NCBI GenBank assembly: GCA_036630325.1
Contig: CP142728.1
Coordinates: 682,001-746,000 of the forward strand
From: Vairimorpha necatrix
Lineage: Eukaryota
Length of the DNA stretch: 64,000 bases
Reading direction: 5' to 3'
Both the position numbers and the translations under genes were made by a program. A model generated the notes under the pieces. It ran no database searches. It saw only the letters and a program-made list of their open reading frames with translations, and was not told the DNA's origin. Positions within the stretch are counted from its first letter, which is position 1, and every line of letters begins with the position of its first letter. Below are positions 54,249 through 64,000 of the stretch, piece by piece.

Positions 54249-57200
54249 TTACTCGGTCACAAATTTGATCTCCTCACTGGGTACAAATCTGGGCACTACA
54301 AAATTCTCTTCTATTTTCTCAATTTTATCTACAAATCTAAGCGGCTCACAAGATATGAAAATATCTTCCCTTACTATCTCCTGCTCATAACCCATTTTCA
54401 TTAATAATGTCCTAATCTGTCCACTGGTCAATATTTCACAATTCTCTTTAATATCTTCCAAATCTACTTCACTACTATAAGTCATATTCACAATCTTAAT
54501 AATCTCCATAACATGTCTAAATTTATCTCTAGACTCTACTGCGTCTATCTCATTTAACCAAATATAAATCTGATTTAAATTATAATTTATCTGTATACAT
54601 CTATTAAAACTTAAGAAATTATTCTTAATAATTATACTATTAAAAATATTAGTATTAATATTACTTAATATATAATTTATAATAGATTTCTTATATTCCT
54701 TATCTAAATAATAAAACTCTATTTGATTATTAATAATATCTAGAGTCTTAATAAGTCTCTGTATAGTAAACGGTTTAAAGATCTTCTTAATGAACGAGTC
54801 ATTACATTTAAAATTTGATAATTCTTGGTGATCTGTAATCGAAGAAGGAATTAAATCCTTAATCATCTCTAAATAGTAATCTGATAAATTTATAAACATC
54901 TTCCTGATTAAATCTTGCAGATCTCTGAGATCTTCGACTAATTTGGAATATTCTACTAAATTACTTAAGAAAAATAATAAAGAAGGAATAGACTTTTCAT
55001 AATACTTGGATCTTAAGGATATTTCCTCTATAAAAATCAAAATTGATTCTCTTTGGATCTTATTGGACTTTTTAGTGATCAAAAAGGCAGAGTGGGCGAA
55101 AGATAGCATTTCTGAGCGGGGCACTGAACCAGAAGTCGGAATATTCTCGAGATAAAGATAAAAAAGGCGAGAAAAGAGAGTAGAGGCGGGCTCTATAATA
55201 TTTATAACAGGGGAACTCAATTTGATATTTGCTTCTCTGAGTGCTTCACTGACGAATTTGTATTTTAATTCAAGATTCGCACAATTTGGACACTGTGTGG
55301 GAGATGTAAAATTTTGATTTGGCACAGAGGATTTCTCTTGAGTTTCATCCATGAGATCTGAAATTTCAATAATGCAAGGATTGGTCCTATTTAGTCTGGG
55401 CAAATCGCACAATGTGGAATTCTCCACTGTATCGATCTTCAATAATGTATTCATGTTTTCTGAAGCCTCTAAATTCGTGCTAATATTTTCCAACTCTTCC
55501 ACTGTATTGATCTTTATATAATCTGTATTCGTATCTTTAGAATTTATAGAATGATTTTCCTGGATAGTTTCGCGACCATCTGAATTTATCATGTCAAGTT
55601 TTATATTGACCGTATTCGTATCTTTTAAGGCAACTAAATTCGTAGTATCATTTTTCAAATCTTCCTCATTGATCTTTATATCGTCTGTGTTCGTATCTTC
55701 TGAAATAATTTGATTCAAAGTATGGTTTTCTATATTTGACGCGTAGTGACCATCTAAATTTATTGAGTCAATCTTTATGGTGTCTGTATTCGTGTCTTTT
55801 AAGGCAACTAAATTCGTAGTATCATTTTCTAAATCTTCCTCATCGATCTTCGTGGTGCCTGTGTTCATAATGATTAAATCTTCTAACTTTGTGTTGCATC
55901 TTTCTAACTTTGTTTTATTCAGATTGCTATTATCAATATTTGCTGTATCGATGTTTGCTGTTTCAATATTTGCTGTATCGAAATTTGCTGCATCAATGTT
56001 TGCTGTATCGAAGTTTGTAGTGTTAATTTCTGTAGCTTCTATATTTTCAGAGCTTAAGTTCTTGAGTTCTGTGATCGTATTGACTACATTTCCTGAATCA
56101 GATTTCATATCTTTTTTTTTCATGTCTACATTTATTTCTTCCTTTGGTTCTTCTTCTTCTTCCCCAAATATTGTGTTCATTATAATATCAGCTGTGCTAA
56201 CATTCTCATCTTTAAATTTAATACATTCCTTTTTATTATTCTTTTCTATGTCGATATTTGGCAGATTCTCTTTGCTTTTAAACGGGTTAATGCTTTTTAA
56301 TACATTACTTATAGCAGCCTGACTTATATTTTTCAGACTTATTGTTTTTTCATTTTTAATTGGTTTCTCAATAATATACTTGGGATCATTAAGTCCTTCT
56401 TTCTTTTTTATTAATTCTTTCATAAACCAATTCATAATCTTCCTCTTTCTATCATCTCGCATCTTCTCTGATATTTCTATACCTACCTTGACTTCACTAT
56501 TAAAATATATTTTAGTCTTGCCTTCTAATATATTCTTATACTTCTCATATTTCTTATACCATTCTTCTTTATTCATTTCATAAGTGTAAATTTGTTGGTT
56601 AATTTTAATAACTTCTAATATTCCAGTACTTACTAATTGATCATGTACTACTTCTTTATCGAAAATATTTCTTTTCTTATTATTCGGTTTTATACATCTT
56701 ATATATTTAATCTGTGTGCTATTTATTTCATTAAATAAACTTCTTAACGAATATAAGAAATCATTCAATACTGTCGTATTTCCAAATTTCTCTTTAAAAA
56801 TTTTATTGAAAAATTTTTCATCTATTTTTACTTCTCGATTTTTATTAATAAAATCTTTGATATTATATTCTACATCTTTAATAAAATGCTTTACTATAAT
56901 AATATCATTAGATTTTATCTTTATTCCATTTTTTATATAAGATAATATCTTATTCCTTAAATTATTTGTACTACCAAACTTATTTTTACTTTCTTCATCT
57001 ATCAAATCAAATAATCCACATCTTCTTTCTAATTCTTCTATTAAACTAATATTAGAATTAAAAGGTACAAAATTATAATTTTCTAATTCTTTTTTATATT
57101 CTTCTTGTTTTACTTCAAAAATCTTTTTTATAAAATCATCTTGGATTTTCTCATTTGCATAATTTATGCAAAGTTGATCTAAAGAATTCTCTTTGAAAAC

Positions 57201-58226
57201 TTCAAACCCAAAAATATCTAAAATATTTATACATGGACCACTTGTAGTACATAAAGTATCATTAATTTTGGAAACTAAAAAATCAAAAATTTTTACATAC
57301 AAAATTCTACTAATACTATCTCTAATTATTAATGCTTCTTCTATCGTATTATACTTTACAAGTACCTCTTCGTTAACTCTAATTTCTTTTTTTAATAAAA
57401 CATCTTCTAAAAAATTTTCATCAATTTTTAAAATTTCTAAAATTGATTTTGTAAATTTCATTTTGTTTATGCAGATTTTATTGTTTTTATAGTTAAATTG
57501 CATAAAACCAAAATACAAAATCACCAACAAAATATTTTCTATAAAATCAATATTTTCAAAACCTAAACTTCTTAAAGCATTTTTTACATTTTTATAATTC
57601 TTAGAAATATTATCATTTGTGTTTATGTAATCATTTTCAATTTTCAAATTTTTATATTTACACAATTGGTAAAAAATATTAAAATTACATTCTCCTTCAT
57701 TTTGATGCGTAACTCTACTTTTTTCTAGTAGAAAAGTTTTCAATTTTATTCCTTTTATCGTATCATCAATGTAATAACTTATCATTTTGCCAACTCTGCT
57801 ACTATTATCATTTAAAATAGTTTTGGCATTTCCAAAACTTTCTAAAATTATAGTAAGTGCATCAATTTTATCTTTTAAATCTTTATTTGTTCCTGTTCTA
57901 GTTATTAAATAATCTTGTAGTAATTTTGTATTTTCAGTTTTTCCAGATCCACTTTCTCCTGAGATCATGATTGTTTGGTTTGATATTGACATGTCTTGGA
58001 AGGCATTTTCGCAAATATTGTAAATGTGTGGATCGCATGATGAAATATTAAAATACGCATTCATAATGTTTTTACCGTACAAATTTAGATTTGTATATGG
58101 ATTTATAGAAATCAAAACTATACCTGCATTAGTATAAATTCTGTTTGATAAATATCTCTCTTCTAGTATTTTAATGAGATTTTCTTCGGTGGTGTCTAAT
58201 AATTTACATAAGTCGTCTGTTTGCAT
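54249..58226 (-). CDS. Class V-like myosin: motor, acidic repetitive mid-region, dilute-type cargo domain
   Basis: GESGSGKTE, FGNAKTILNDNSSR, LDIFGFE, YIRCIKPN, GKTKIYF and C-terminal FLSFNRCIQINYNL (DIL domain). Start at MQTDD after CCC. Confidence 0.88.
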   Translation of the reverse strand: MQTDDLCKLLDTTEENLIKILEERYLSNRIYTNAGIVLISINPYTNLNLYGKNIMNAYFNISSCDPHIYNICENAFQDMSISNQTIMISGESGSGKTENTKLLQDYLITRTGTNKDLKDKIDALTIILESFGNAKTILNDNSSRVGKMISYYIDDTIKGIKLKTFLLEKSRVTHQNEGECNFNIFYQLCKYKNLKIENDYINTNDNISKNYKNVKNALRSLGFENIDFIENILLVILYFGFMQFNYKNNKICINKMKFTKSILEILKIDENFLEDVLLKKEIRVNEEVLVKYNTIEEALIIRDSISRILYVKIFDFLVSKINDTLCTTSGPCINILDIFGFEVFKENSLDQLCINYANEKIQDDFIKKIFEVKQEEYKKELENYNFVPFNSNISLIEELERRCGLFDLIDEESKNKFGSTNNLRNKILSYIKNGIKIKSNDIIIVKHFIKDVEYNIKDFINKNREVKIDEKFFNKIFKEKFGNTTVLNDFLYSLRSLFNEINSTQIKYIRCIKPNNKKRNIFDKEVVHDQLVSTGILEVIKINQQIYTYEMNKEEWYKKYEKYKNILEGKTKIYFNSEVKVGIEISEKMRDDRKRKIMNWFMKELIKKKEGLNDPKYIIEKPIKNEKTISLKNISQAAISNVLKSINPFKSKENLPNIDIEKNNKKECIKFKDENVSTADIIMNTIFGEEEEEPKEEINVDMKKKDMKSDSGNVVNTITELKNLSSENIEATEINTTNFDTANIDAANFDTANIETANIDTANIDNSNLNKTKLERCNTKLEDLIIMNTGTTKIDEEDLENDTTNLVALKDTNTDTIKIDSINLDGHYASNIENHTLNQIISEDTNTDDIKINEEDLKNDTTNLVALKDTNTVNIKLDMINSDGRETIQENHSINSKDTNTDYIKINTVEELENISTNLEASENMNTLLKIDTVENSTLCDLPRLNRTNPCIIEISDLMDETQEKSSVPNQNFTSPTQCPNCANLELKYKFVSEALREANIKLSSPVINIIEPASTLFSRLFYLYLENIPTSGSVPRSEMLSFAHSAFLITKKSNKIQRESILIFIEEISLRSKYYEKSIPSLLFFLSNLVEYSKLVEDLRDLQDLIRKMFINLSDYYLEMIKDLIPSSITDHQELSNFKCNDSFIKKIFKPFTIQRLIKTLDIINNQIEFYYLDKEYKKSIINYILSNINTNIFNSIIIKNNFLSFNRCIQINYNLNQIYIWLNEIDAVESRDKFRHVMEIIKIVNMTYSSEVDLEDIKENCEILTSGQIRTLLMKMGYEQEIVREDIFISCEPLRFVDKIEKIEENFVVPRFVPSEEIKFVTE

Positions 58227-58485
58227 ATGAAAAATGAGGGAGAAAGTTTTTAAAGACATGTCAACCAATAAACAATAAAAAGGGGGATGTATCAAATAAG
58301 TACTGATTCTAATGTAAAAAGGGGCAATATTAAAATTGATGCACTGTAAGAAATTTATTTGAAGGTTATTTATGATTAATTTTAACTAACAAACGTCTAT
58401 ATCCATTATTATATAAAATATAAAATTTTAGACCTCATTAAAATTTTTAAGATTAACTTTAAAATTAATATTAAAATTTTTTATT

Positions 58486-59046
58486 TTATTTTCCATTTGT
58501 TATAAAAACAGTAATCCTATTGTTATAATGAAAAAGTGCACTAGCTAAATCTGAATTATTATCTAATGGGATTCTTATATTTGATTCCCTAATATAAAAT
58601 CTAAATTCTTCAAAATGATCAATTTGGATTTGATGTTTATCTTTAGGATAAAAATGAAAAGCTATTCTTTTTAAAACAAGTTTACGAAAATCTTCATAAG
58701 AAGTACTGGTCATAAAAACAATAAAATGGCTTTCTCCAAATTGTATTATAGCAGTGCCTATGACTTTATTCATATCTATAGACACAGTATTCTCGTTTAG
58801 ACATTTAAAAAATCCAAAAATTTTTCGTTTTATTTCTTGATCACATGGAATATCAAAGGATTCCCTGTCTGTGGTCAAAATTCTTAGTCCTGTCTTGTAT
58901 TTAGACACTTTTTGAACTTTAGAATATTGAATAGTATCATTATTAATTAACATATAAGTTGTATAAAAAAATATTGGATACATATCTAGAACTCCTTTGT
59001 ATTCGAAATAACTTTCTGTAGTGAATGTGTATTTTTCGCTGTCCAT
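58486..59046 (-). CDS. Hypothetical protein, possible C-terminal PB1-like domain
   Basis: TSYEDFRKLVLKRI...FRFYIRE...IPLDNNSDL pattern. Start uncertain (59046 or the track's 59067). Confidence 0.55.
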   Translation of the reverse strand: MDSEKYTFTTESYFEYKGVLDMYPIFFYTTYMLINNDTIQYSKVQKVSKYKTGLRILTTDRESFDIPCDQEIKRKIFGFFKCLNENTVSIDMNKVIGTAIIQFGESHFIVFMTSTSYEDFRKLVLKRIAFHFYPKDKHQIQIDHFEEFRFYIRESNIRIPLDNNSDLASALFHYNNRITVFITNGK

Positions 59047-59360
59047 AATATATGAAACATAGCACAAACTTATGTATTTTATGTTTTAAAACTGCCCAAT
59101 GATTTACAAAAATCTCAAGAAAAGTAATTTTATAAATTAATGGACATTTGCACATGACACGTTATATGTAAAGTCTTTTGTTAATAAATTACAAATTTAT
59201 AGAATATTTTTGATGTATCTTACAACAAATATGTATGACAAATGAACATAGAAATGTACTTGAGACTTTTATAAAATAAAAAAAAACTAATATCAATAGA
59301 AATACTAACCCAATATTTTCAGGCCGAAAATAAAAAAACTATTTTTTAAATTTATAACCC

Positions 59361-59966
59361 ATGGAGAAATTTAGCAAATTTAATGACCCGTTTACTGGTA
59401 TAAATCCATTTATACAAACAAAGTTAAAACCAATTAACAAACTTAAAGCTATAATATTTTTACCAATCTACTTATTAAGCTTAATACATCCCGTATTCTT
59501 GAGATTATTATTTAAGATAAAAATTGAAAATAAACCAATTAAACAAATAAGAACAATGATCTGCAATTCTGTGACTCCTTTTGATATTCCACTTTTAAAA
59601 ATGATATTTAAGATTAACAATTTTTATTTTTTAAGAGATGACAATTTTTACGATAAAAATTTTAAACGAGTTAAAAAAGTAATAAAACCTTCTATAATTT
59701 TTTGTGAAGGAACTTCCACTAATAATAAATCTTTACTAAAATTCAATTGCAATTTTAGAGTAGATAGTGTTTGCTTCTTAAAATATGATCAAGTATACAC
59801 TTACGGAAGTTTTTGTAAATATCTTTTTAGTATTTTATCAAATACAAACACTGTCGAAATAAAATTTAAACATACTGATGATTCTAAAGATTTAACTAAA
59901 ATTAGTGGAGTAAAACAAGTTAAATTTACTTACAAAGACAAGGAGGATTTTATGAAACTGATATAA
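59361..59966 (+). CDS. LOA1: Lysophosphatidic acid acyltransferase (Loa1/Vps66 family)
   Basis: MEKFSKFNDPFTGINPF N-terminus, NSVTPFD, FCEGTSTN. Confidence 0.75.
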   Translation: MEKFSKFNDPFTGINPFIQTKLKPINKLKAIIFLPIYLLSLIHPVFLRLLFKIKIENKPIKQIRTMICNSVTPFDIPLLKMIFKINNFYFLRDDNFYDKNFKRVKKVIKPSIIFCEGTSTNNKSLLKFNCNFRVDSVCFLKYDQVYTYGSFCKYLFSILSNTNTVEIKFKHTDDSKDLTKISGVKQVKFTYKDKEDFMKLI

Positions 59967-60241
59967 ATAAAATTGTTTAATAATAATGTACAGTTCGAGA
60001 TAAAATAAAATATAAGTTTATATTATGGCCCTTCATATCTCATATAATTTTTTTTTATATAACAAGATTTTTAATAAAATTTAACATTTGAATTTTTATT
60101 GAACTCGTGGAATCAAATTTATTCGTAGTATTTTTTAATAAATACATTGATGATTTTTAATAAAGTAAATTTAATTTCTCATAAATATTGGTAAATTACA
60201 TAACCAACAAAAAAAAGTAAATATACTTAAAAATAATTTGT

Positions 60242-60739
60242 TTATTCTTTAAGAACTCCAGAATCAACAACAATCACTGGTTTCTTTGTTTTACCACTAT
60301 TGGAACCAACTGCTTCCAGTTTTTTTAATATTTCTGGTTCTCCTTTAACTTCTCCAAAGACGACATGCGCATTGTCAAGCCAATCGCACTCTACAAATGT
60401 AATAAAAAATTGAGATCCATTAGAATTTTTACCAGAATTGGCCATACTTAAAAGATATTTTTTATTATGTTTTTTAATAAAATTTTCATCTGAAAATTTT
60501 TCCCCGTAGATACTTTTTCCACCATATCCATTTCCATTAGTAATATCTCCTCCTTGAGCCATGAATCTTGGTATAATTCTGTGGAAGATTGAATTTTTAT
60601 AACCATCGGGTGTGCTCTTCTTGCATAATTCACTAAAATTTTTTGCTGTTTTAGGGACCACATCATCGTATAAGACAAATTCAACTCTTTCTGGTTCTTC
60701 AGTACCAATTTTTACATCGAAAAAACATTCAGTGGCCAT
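60242..60739 (-). CDS. CPR1: Cyclophilin A-type peptidyl-prolyl isomerase
   Basis: VPKTAKNF, FHRIIPRFMAQGGD, LSMANSGKNSNGSQFFIT, WLDNAHVVFG. Confidence 0.95.
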   Translation of the reverse strand: MATECFFDVKIGTEEPERVEFVLYDDVVPKTAKNFSELCKKSTPDGYKNSIFHRIIPRFMAQGGDITNGNGYGGKSIYGEKFSDENFIKKHNKKYLLSMANSGKNSNGSQFFITFVECDWLDNAHVVFGEVKGEPEILKKLEAVGSNSGKTKKPVIVVDSGVLKE

Positions 60740-61163
60740 TTGGGGGTAGAGAAAAATTAAAAATAAAAAAAAAATAACGGTTTTTGAAAATTTAGATGTA
60801 AAAATATTAACGTATATTCTAAATCTATAAAATAATAATAACTTCTAAAATAAGTAGTTACAAATGACATGATTCTTTCTAAAAAAAATTAGAAACTTCC
60901 CTAAAAATTCTAATTTTAAAATCAAAATCCATTTTCTTTCATTATTGTCAAAGTATCTTATTTTAGTCTGCAAAATATCAAATAGTTTTGTCCAATTAAC
61001 CATCAACTCTTAAATTATAGTCATTTTATTTTAAATTTAAAAATACAAAATCATAAAAGTCATTATTGTTGTTTTCCATGCTGAAATTGATGATTTTTGG
61101 CTATATGAAATTTTTATACTTAAAATGAAACCGTTTTAATTTAAAAAAATAATAAATAATCAT

Positions 61164-62126
61164 TTATTTATTGTACACGACCAACTCTCTATCTGTAAAA
61201 TTCATTCTTGTTTCTTTCTCTTGCTTATTTTCCACGTCATCAAATACTTGTTCTTTCATTGGACAGAACATGTTGACGAGTAATAAATCAATAACAAGTT
61301 TTAGTGCAAATACAAGACTGTGTATCACTTGATGACTTGTGTAATCAACTGCGAAAGGGAATGATAAACAGTTAATTGAGTAATTTAGAAATCCATATAA
61401 TCCTAGACATACACCAAGCAGTGTAATAGTATCCATTCCTTTATATCCAGACACAAAGTTATGTTTAGTGCGCAACACCAAAAATAAAGCAATACAAGAA
61501 TAAATCTCTATACTCATGAAAAAGGACTCAAAAAAGATCAACGAACTAGTACCGTAAGTTCTTAATTTATTGTAAGCAAAGATAAAAATAGGTATTCTAA
61601 TGAAAGAATATATTTTAGAACATGAGACTATAGATGTTTGAAATAAATTTCTAGTAATAAAAAGGTTCCAGTGCAGCTGCGCATTCTTGTAAATATCATT
61701 TCTTATGTCATCTGCATTGATAAATGAATATAGACACGGTCCCCATAGACCGAGTAACATGAATATTGAGGACATTCTAAATATCTTTGAAAAAAGATAA
61801 GTTACATTTAGCAAATTACTAAGGTCAATATTCATTTCCCGATACTTAACCATATACGAATAGCGTAAAAAGCCGACTAATTCAAAATCAGATTTATCAA
61901 GTACAATTTTACTACTTAGGAACCAATACAACATATTGTAAGAAAATGTTGAAATAATAGAGGAAATTATAAAGAAAGATCCTACATTTCTCATTCTGCT
62001 TTTATATGTATTTGGTTTAATCTTTGATATTTTACTAAACCTCCATATAGAATATATCAATAGAACAGCACAGAATATTAATTCATTTAGATAACTTGAT
62101 CTTTTTATATCTTCGGTTATATTCAT
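61164..62126 (-). CDS. Hypothetical multi-pass (~7 TM) membrane protein
   Basis: About seven hydrophobic segments and a charged C-terminal tail. Confidence 0.7.
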   Translation of the reverse strand: MNITEDIKRSSYLNELIFCAVLLIYSIWRFSKISKIKPNTYKSRMRNVGSFFIISSIISTFSYNMLYWFLSSKIVLDKSDFELVGFLRYSYMVKYREMNIDLSNLLNVTYLFSKIFRMSSIFMLLGLWGPCLYSFINADDIRNDIYKNAQLHWNLFITRNLFQTSIVSCSKIYSFIRIPIFIFAYNKLRTYGTSSLIFFESFFMSIEIYSCIALFLVLRTKHNFVSGYKGMDTITLLGVCLGLYGFLNYSINCLSFPFAVDYTSHQVIHSLVFALKLVIDLLLVNMFCPMKEQVFDDVENKQEKETRMNFTDRELVVYNK

Positions 62127-62837
62127 AGTTTGTTTACTTTACTGTATCAAATTTGTTTATAAAATTTTTGAATCTGAAACATCAATAATATTGAATTAGA
62201 TCTGATTTGTTATTACATAACAAATAATATGAGAATGTGATATTTCTGTAATAAAGATCATCGATGTATATATTTTTATTTGTGCAAGTGGAACTAAAAA
62301 CCTATTTTTCAAGAAAATTACATTTATTTATAATTTAGTCTATCGAATTCCCTCATTTATATACAATTATAAAATATCGTTTTATGATCTTCTACAGTTA
62401 AAAAAAAATTTTAACTTATATTTATCACATTCTTCCTTAGAAACGCCACACTCAAACTCAAAATTTGACTTTGTATCACCAACAAACTAGTATCAGTTAT
62501 GCTTGTAAGATATTACAGAGTCCTGTTTTTATGGTAAATTAGATGATTAGTATTTACAGGTGTATAAGATATGTGATCACTAATTCCGCTATTTTAATTA
62601 TAAGTTAATGCTTTTATGATACAATCCTTTTTTATAATTGATAATGATAGACATTGCTTTTAAAACTAATAAAGAGCTATTAATTACATCAGTTTTTCTG
62701 CTATGTGCCAATAAATCGCTGTCATCAAACTAGTAAAACAAATCATAAATATGAAATTCAAGGCGTATACCGCTCTCTAATTGTTATATTTTATAAAATT
62801 TAGAAGGTAAATTATTTAAAAAATTTTTAAAAATTAA

Positions 62838-63113
62838 TTAAATTCTTTTAATTTCATTATGAATCTTAAAATATTCATCCAATTCTTTATCTCCTCCTAT
62901 AAACTCTCCTTTTATAAAAATTGTAGGATAATATTTAAAATTGTACTTTTTAATAACATCTTCCACTAAGTCAGGATTTTCTTCCTTTTTAAAAGTTTCA
63001 AATTCCACATTATTGGCGTATAATATTGCTAGTCCTCTTACAGTATCTTGACATTCTTCCATTGTCAAGATACAGGTTCTTTTTTCATTTATTAATGTTT
63101 CTAATAAAGACAT
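62838..63113 (-). CDS. Glutaredoxin-like protein with a CxxT site
   Basis: ECQDT at the active-site position and YYPTIFIKGEFIGGDKEL (cis-Pro and GG motif). Start at MSLLETL. Confidence 0.75.
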   Translation of the reverse strand: MSLLETLINEKRTCILTMEECQDTVRGLAILYANNVEFETFKKEENPDLVEDVIKKYNFKYYPTIFIKGEFIGGDKELDEYFKIHNEIKRI

Positions 63114-64000
63114 GTTTGTTATTAATAAAATTTTTTTATAGTGAAATATGAAACTATTTATTATGTTTTGCAAATCTAAACAAACGCGTTATTCAACTAA
63201 ATGAATACAAAATTAATAATGCACGATAATATATCATAATATTTAAACACTAAAATAAAATTTACAAACAGTCTGAAATTTAGTATTTAAAAAATGAAAA
63301 TAAATAGGAAATAATTGTTTGTATTGTTGTTCCAATTACGTTGTCATTGGTCGCATGTAAACATTCAAGAGTTTTCCATTTAAATATTTTTTAGTAAATA
63401 TAAATGGGGATGCAAGTCGTTGCCATAATACTTTATTGTAAGTTGTACATGTATACAAAGTGTTAGTTGACGCTTTATACGTCCAACAATTACAAAGATT
63501 GTGGCGATTATAGTTCGGCGGGAAATTTCAAAAGTATTAAATGCCTTTCGTACTTATTCAAAGTGTTAAATGTAAAAATAATTTTTAAAAATACATACAT
63601 TAATCATATAGAGATTTTAATATTGGGTTTTTAATAAAAAGTGTTAGATTGCGACATATGCAACGAAATCGCTTAAAAAAAAACAATCACAGGTCAAAAA
63701 CAATTGACATTCGTATATTGTCACGCCACAAAGTTTTATTGTTCTAATTTTTATTCTACAAATAAAGAAGTCTTTTGCTAGGATGTCCCAATAAATGATA
63801 TTTGCTGAGATTTAGAAAGAGGCGTTTCATGAGGAAATAAAAATAAAAGATTCCACATTAAAAGAATATATGACTTTAAATAATACTATATGACATTAAA
63901 TAACTTGTTATAAAGATTATACAATGAATAGAATGTTCCTAAGAGGAAATAATAAGTAAAAAAATCTAACAACATGTTTTTTTTTTTCGTTCTGGACATC

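Noticed and set aside
5900-60708. Antisense or overlapping track ORFs within real genes (e.g. 5900-6370, 26509-26898, 38273-38743, 55777-56322)
   Set aside because: Shadow frames of codon-biased genes.

Overview
AT-rich, gene-dense eukaryotic DNA with no introns seen. Short intergenic spaces and a CCC motif just upstream of most ATGs point to a microsporidian, probably Nosema/Vairimorpha-like (inferred). About 35 housekeeping or hypothetical genes are present, including Trm732-like, YIF1, VID27, LCL3, SEC12, DUS1, DOA1, ARV1, acetyl-CoA synthetase, ERG12, VPH1, LSM2, SHP1, RER2, INO80, MSH5, PSO2, RPT6, YOP1, TAD2, myosin V, LOA1, cyclophilin and a glutaredoxin-like gene. Many ORF-track starts are re-assigned to the ATG after the CCC motif. 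Three gene-free stretches hold mobile DNA. (1) At 1.7-3.1 kb, a decayed integrase is split by a Merlin derivative with a perfect 8-bp TSD. (2) At 12.4-13.3 kb lies a Mutator-like foldback element with 148-bp TIRs and a perfect 9-bp TSD. (3) At 33.5-36.1 kb, a decayed Merlin transposon abuts a nested pair of long tRNA-headed SINE-like elements. The inner SINE (~790 bp) has Pol III A/B boxes, a LINE-like 3' hairpin tail, an A-tail and a 14-bp TSD, and sits inside the tail of a relative; it is the best candidate for an undescribed system here. Other highlights are an MSH5 lacking both Walker motifs, an unannotated 54-aa ORF resembling Pol I subunit A14, and an orientation-biased TTATGCA intergenic motif. 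All calls come from manual reading; no searches were run.
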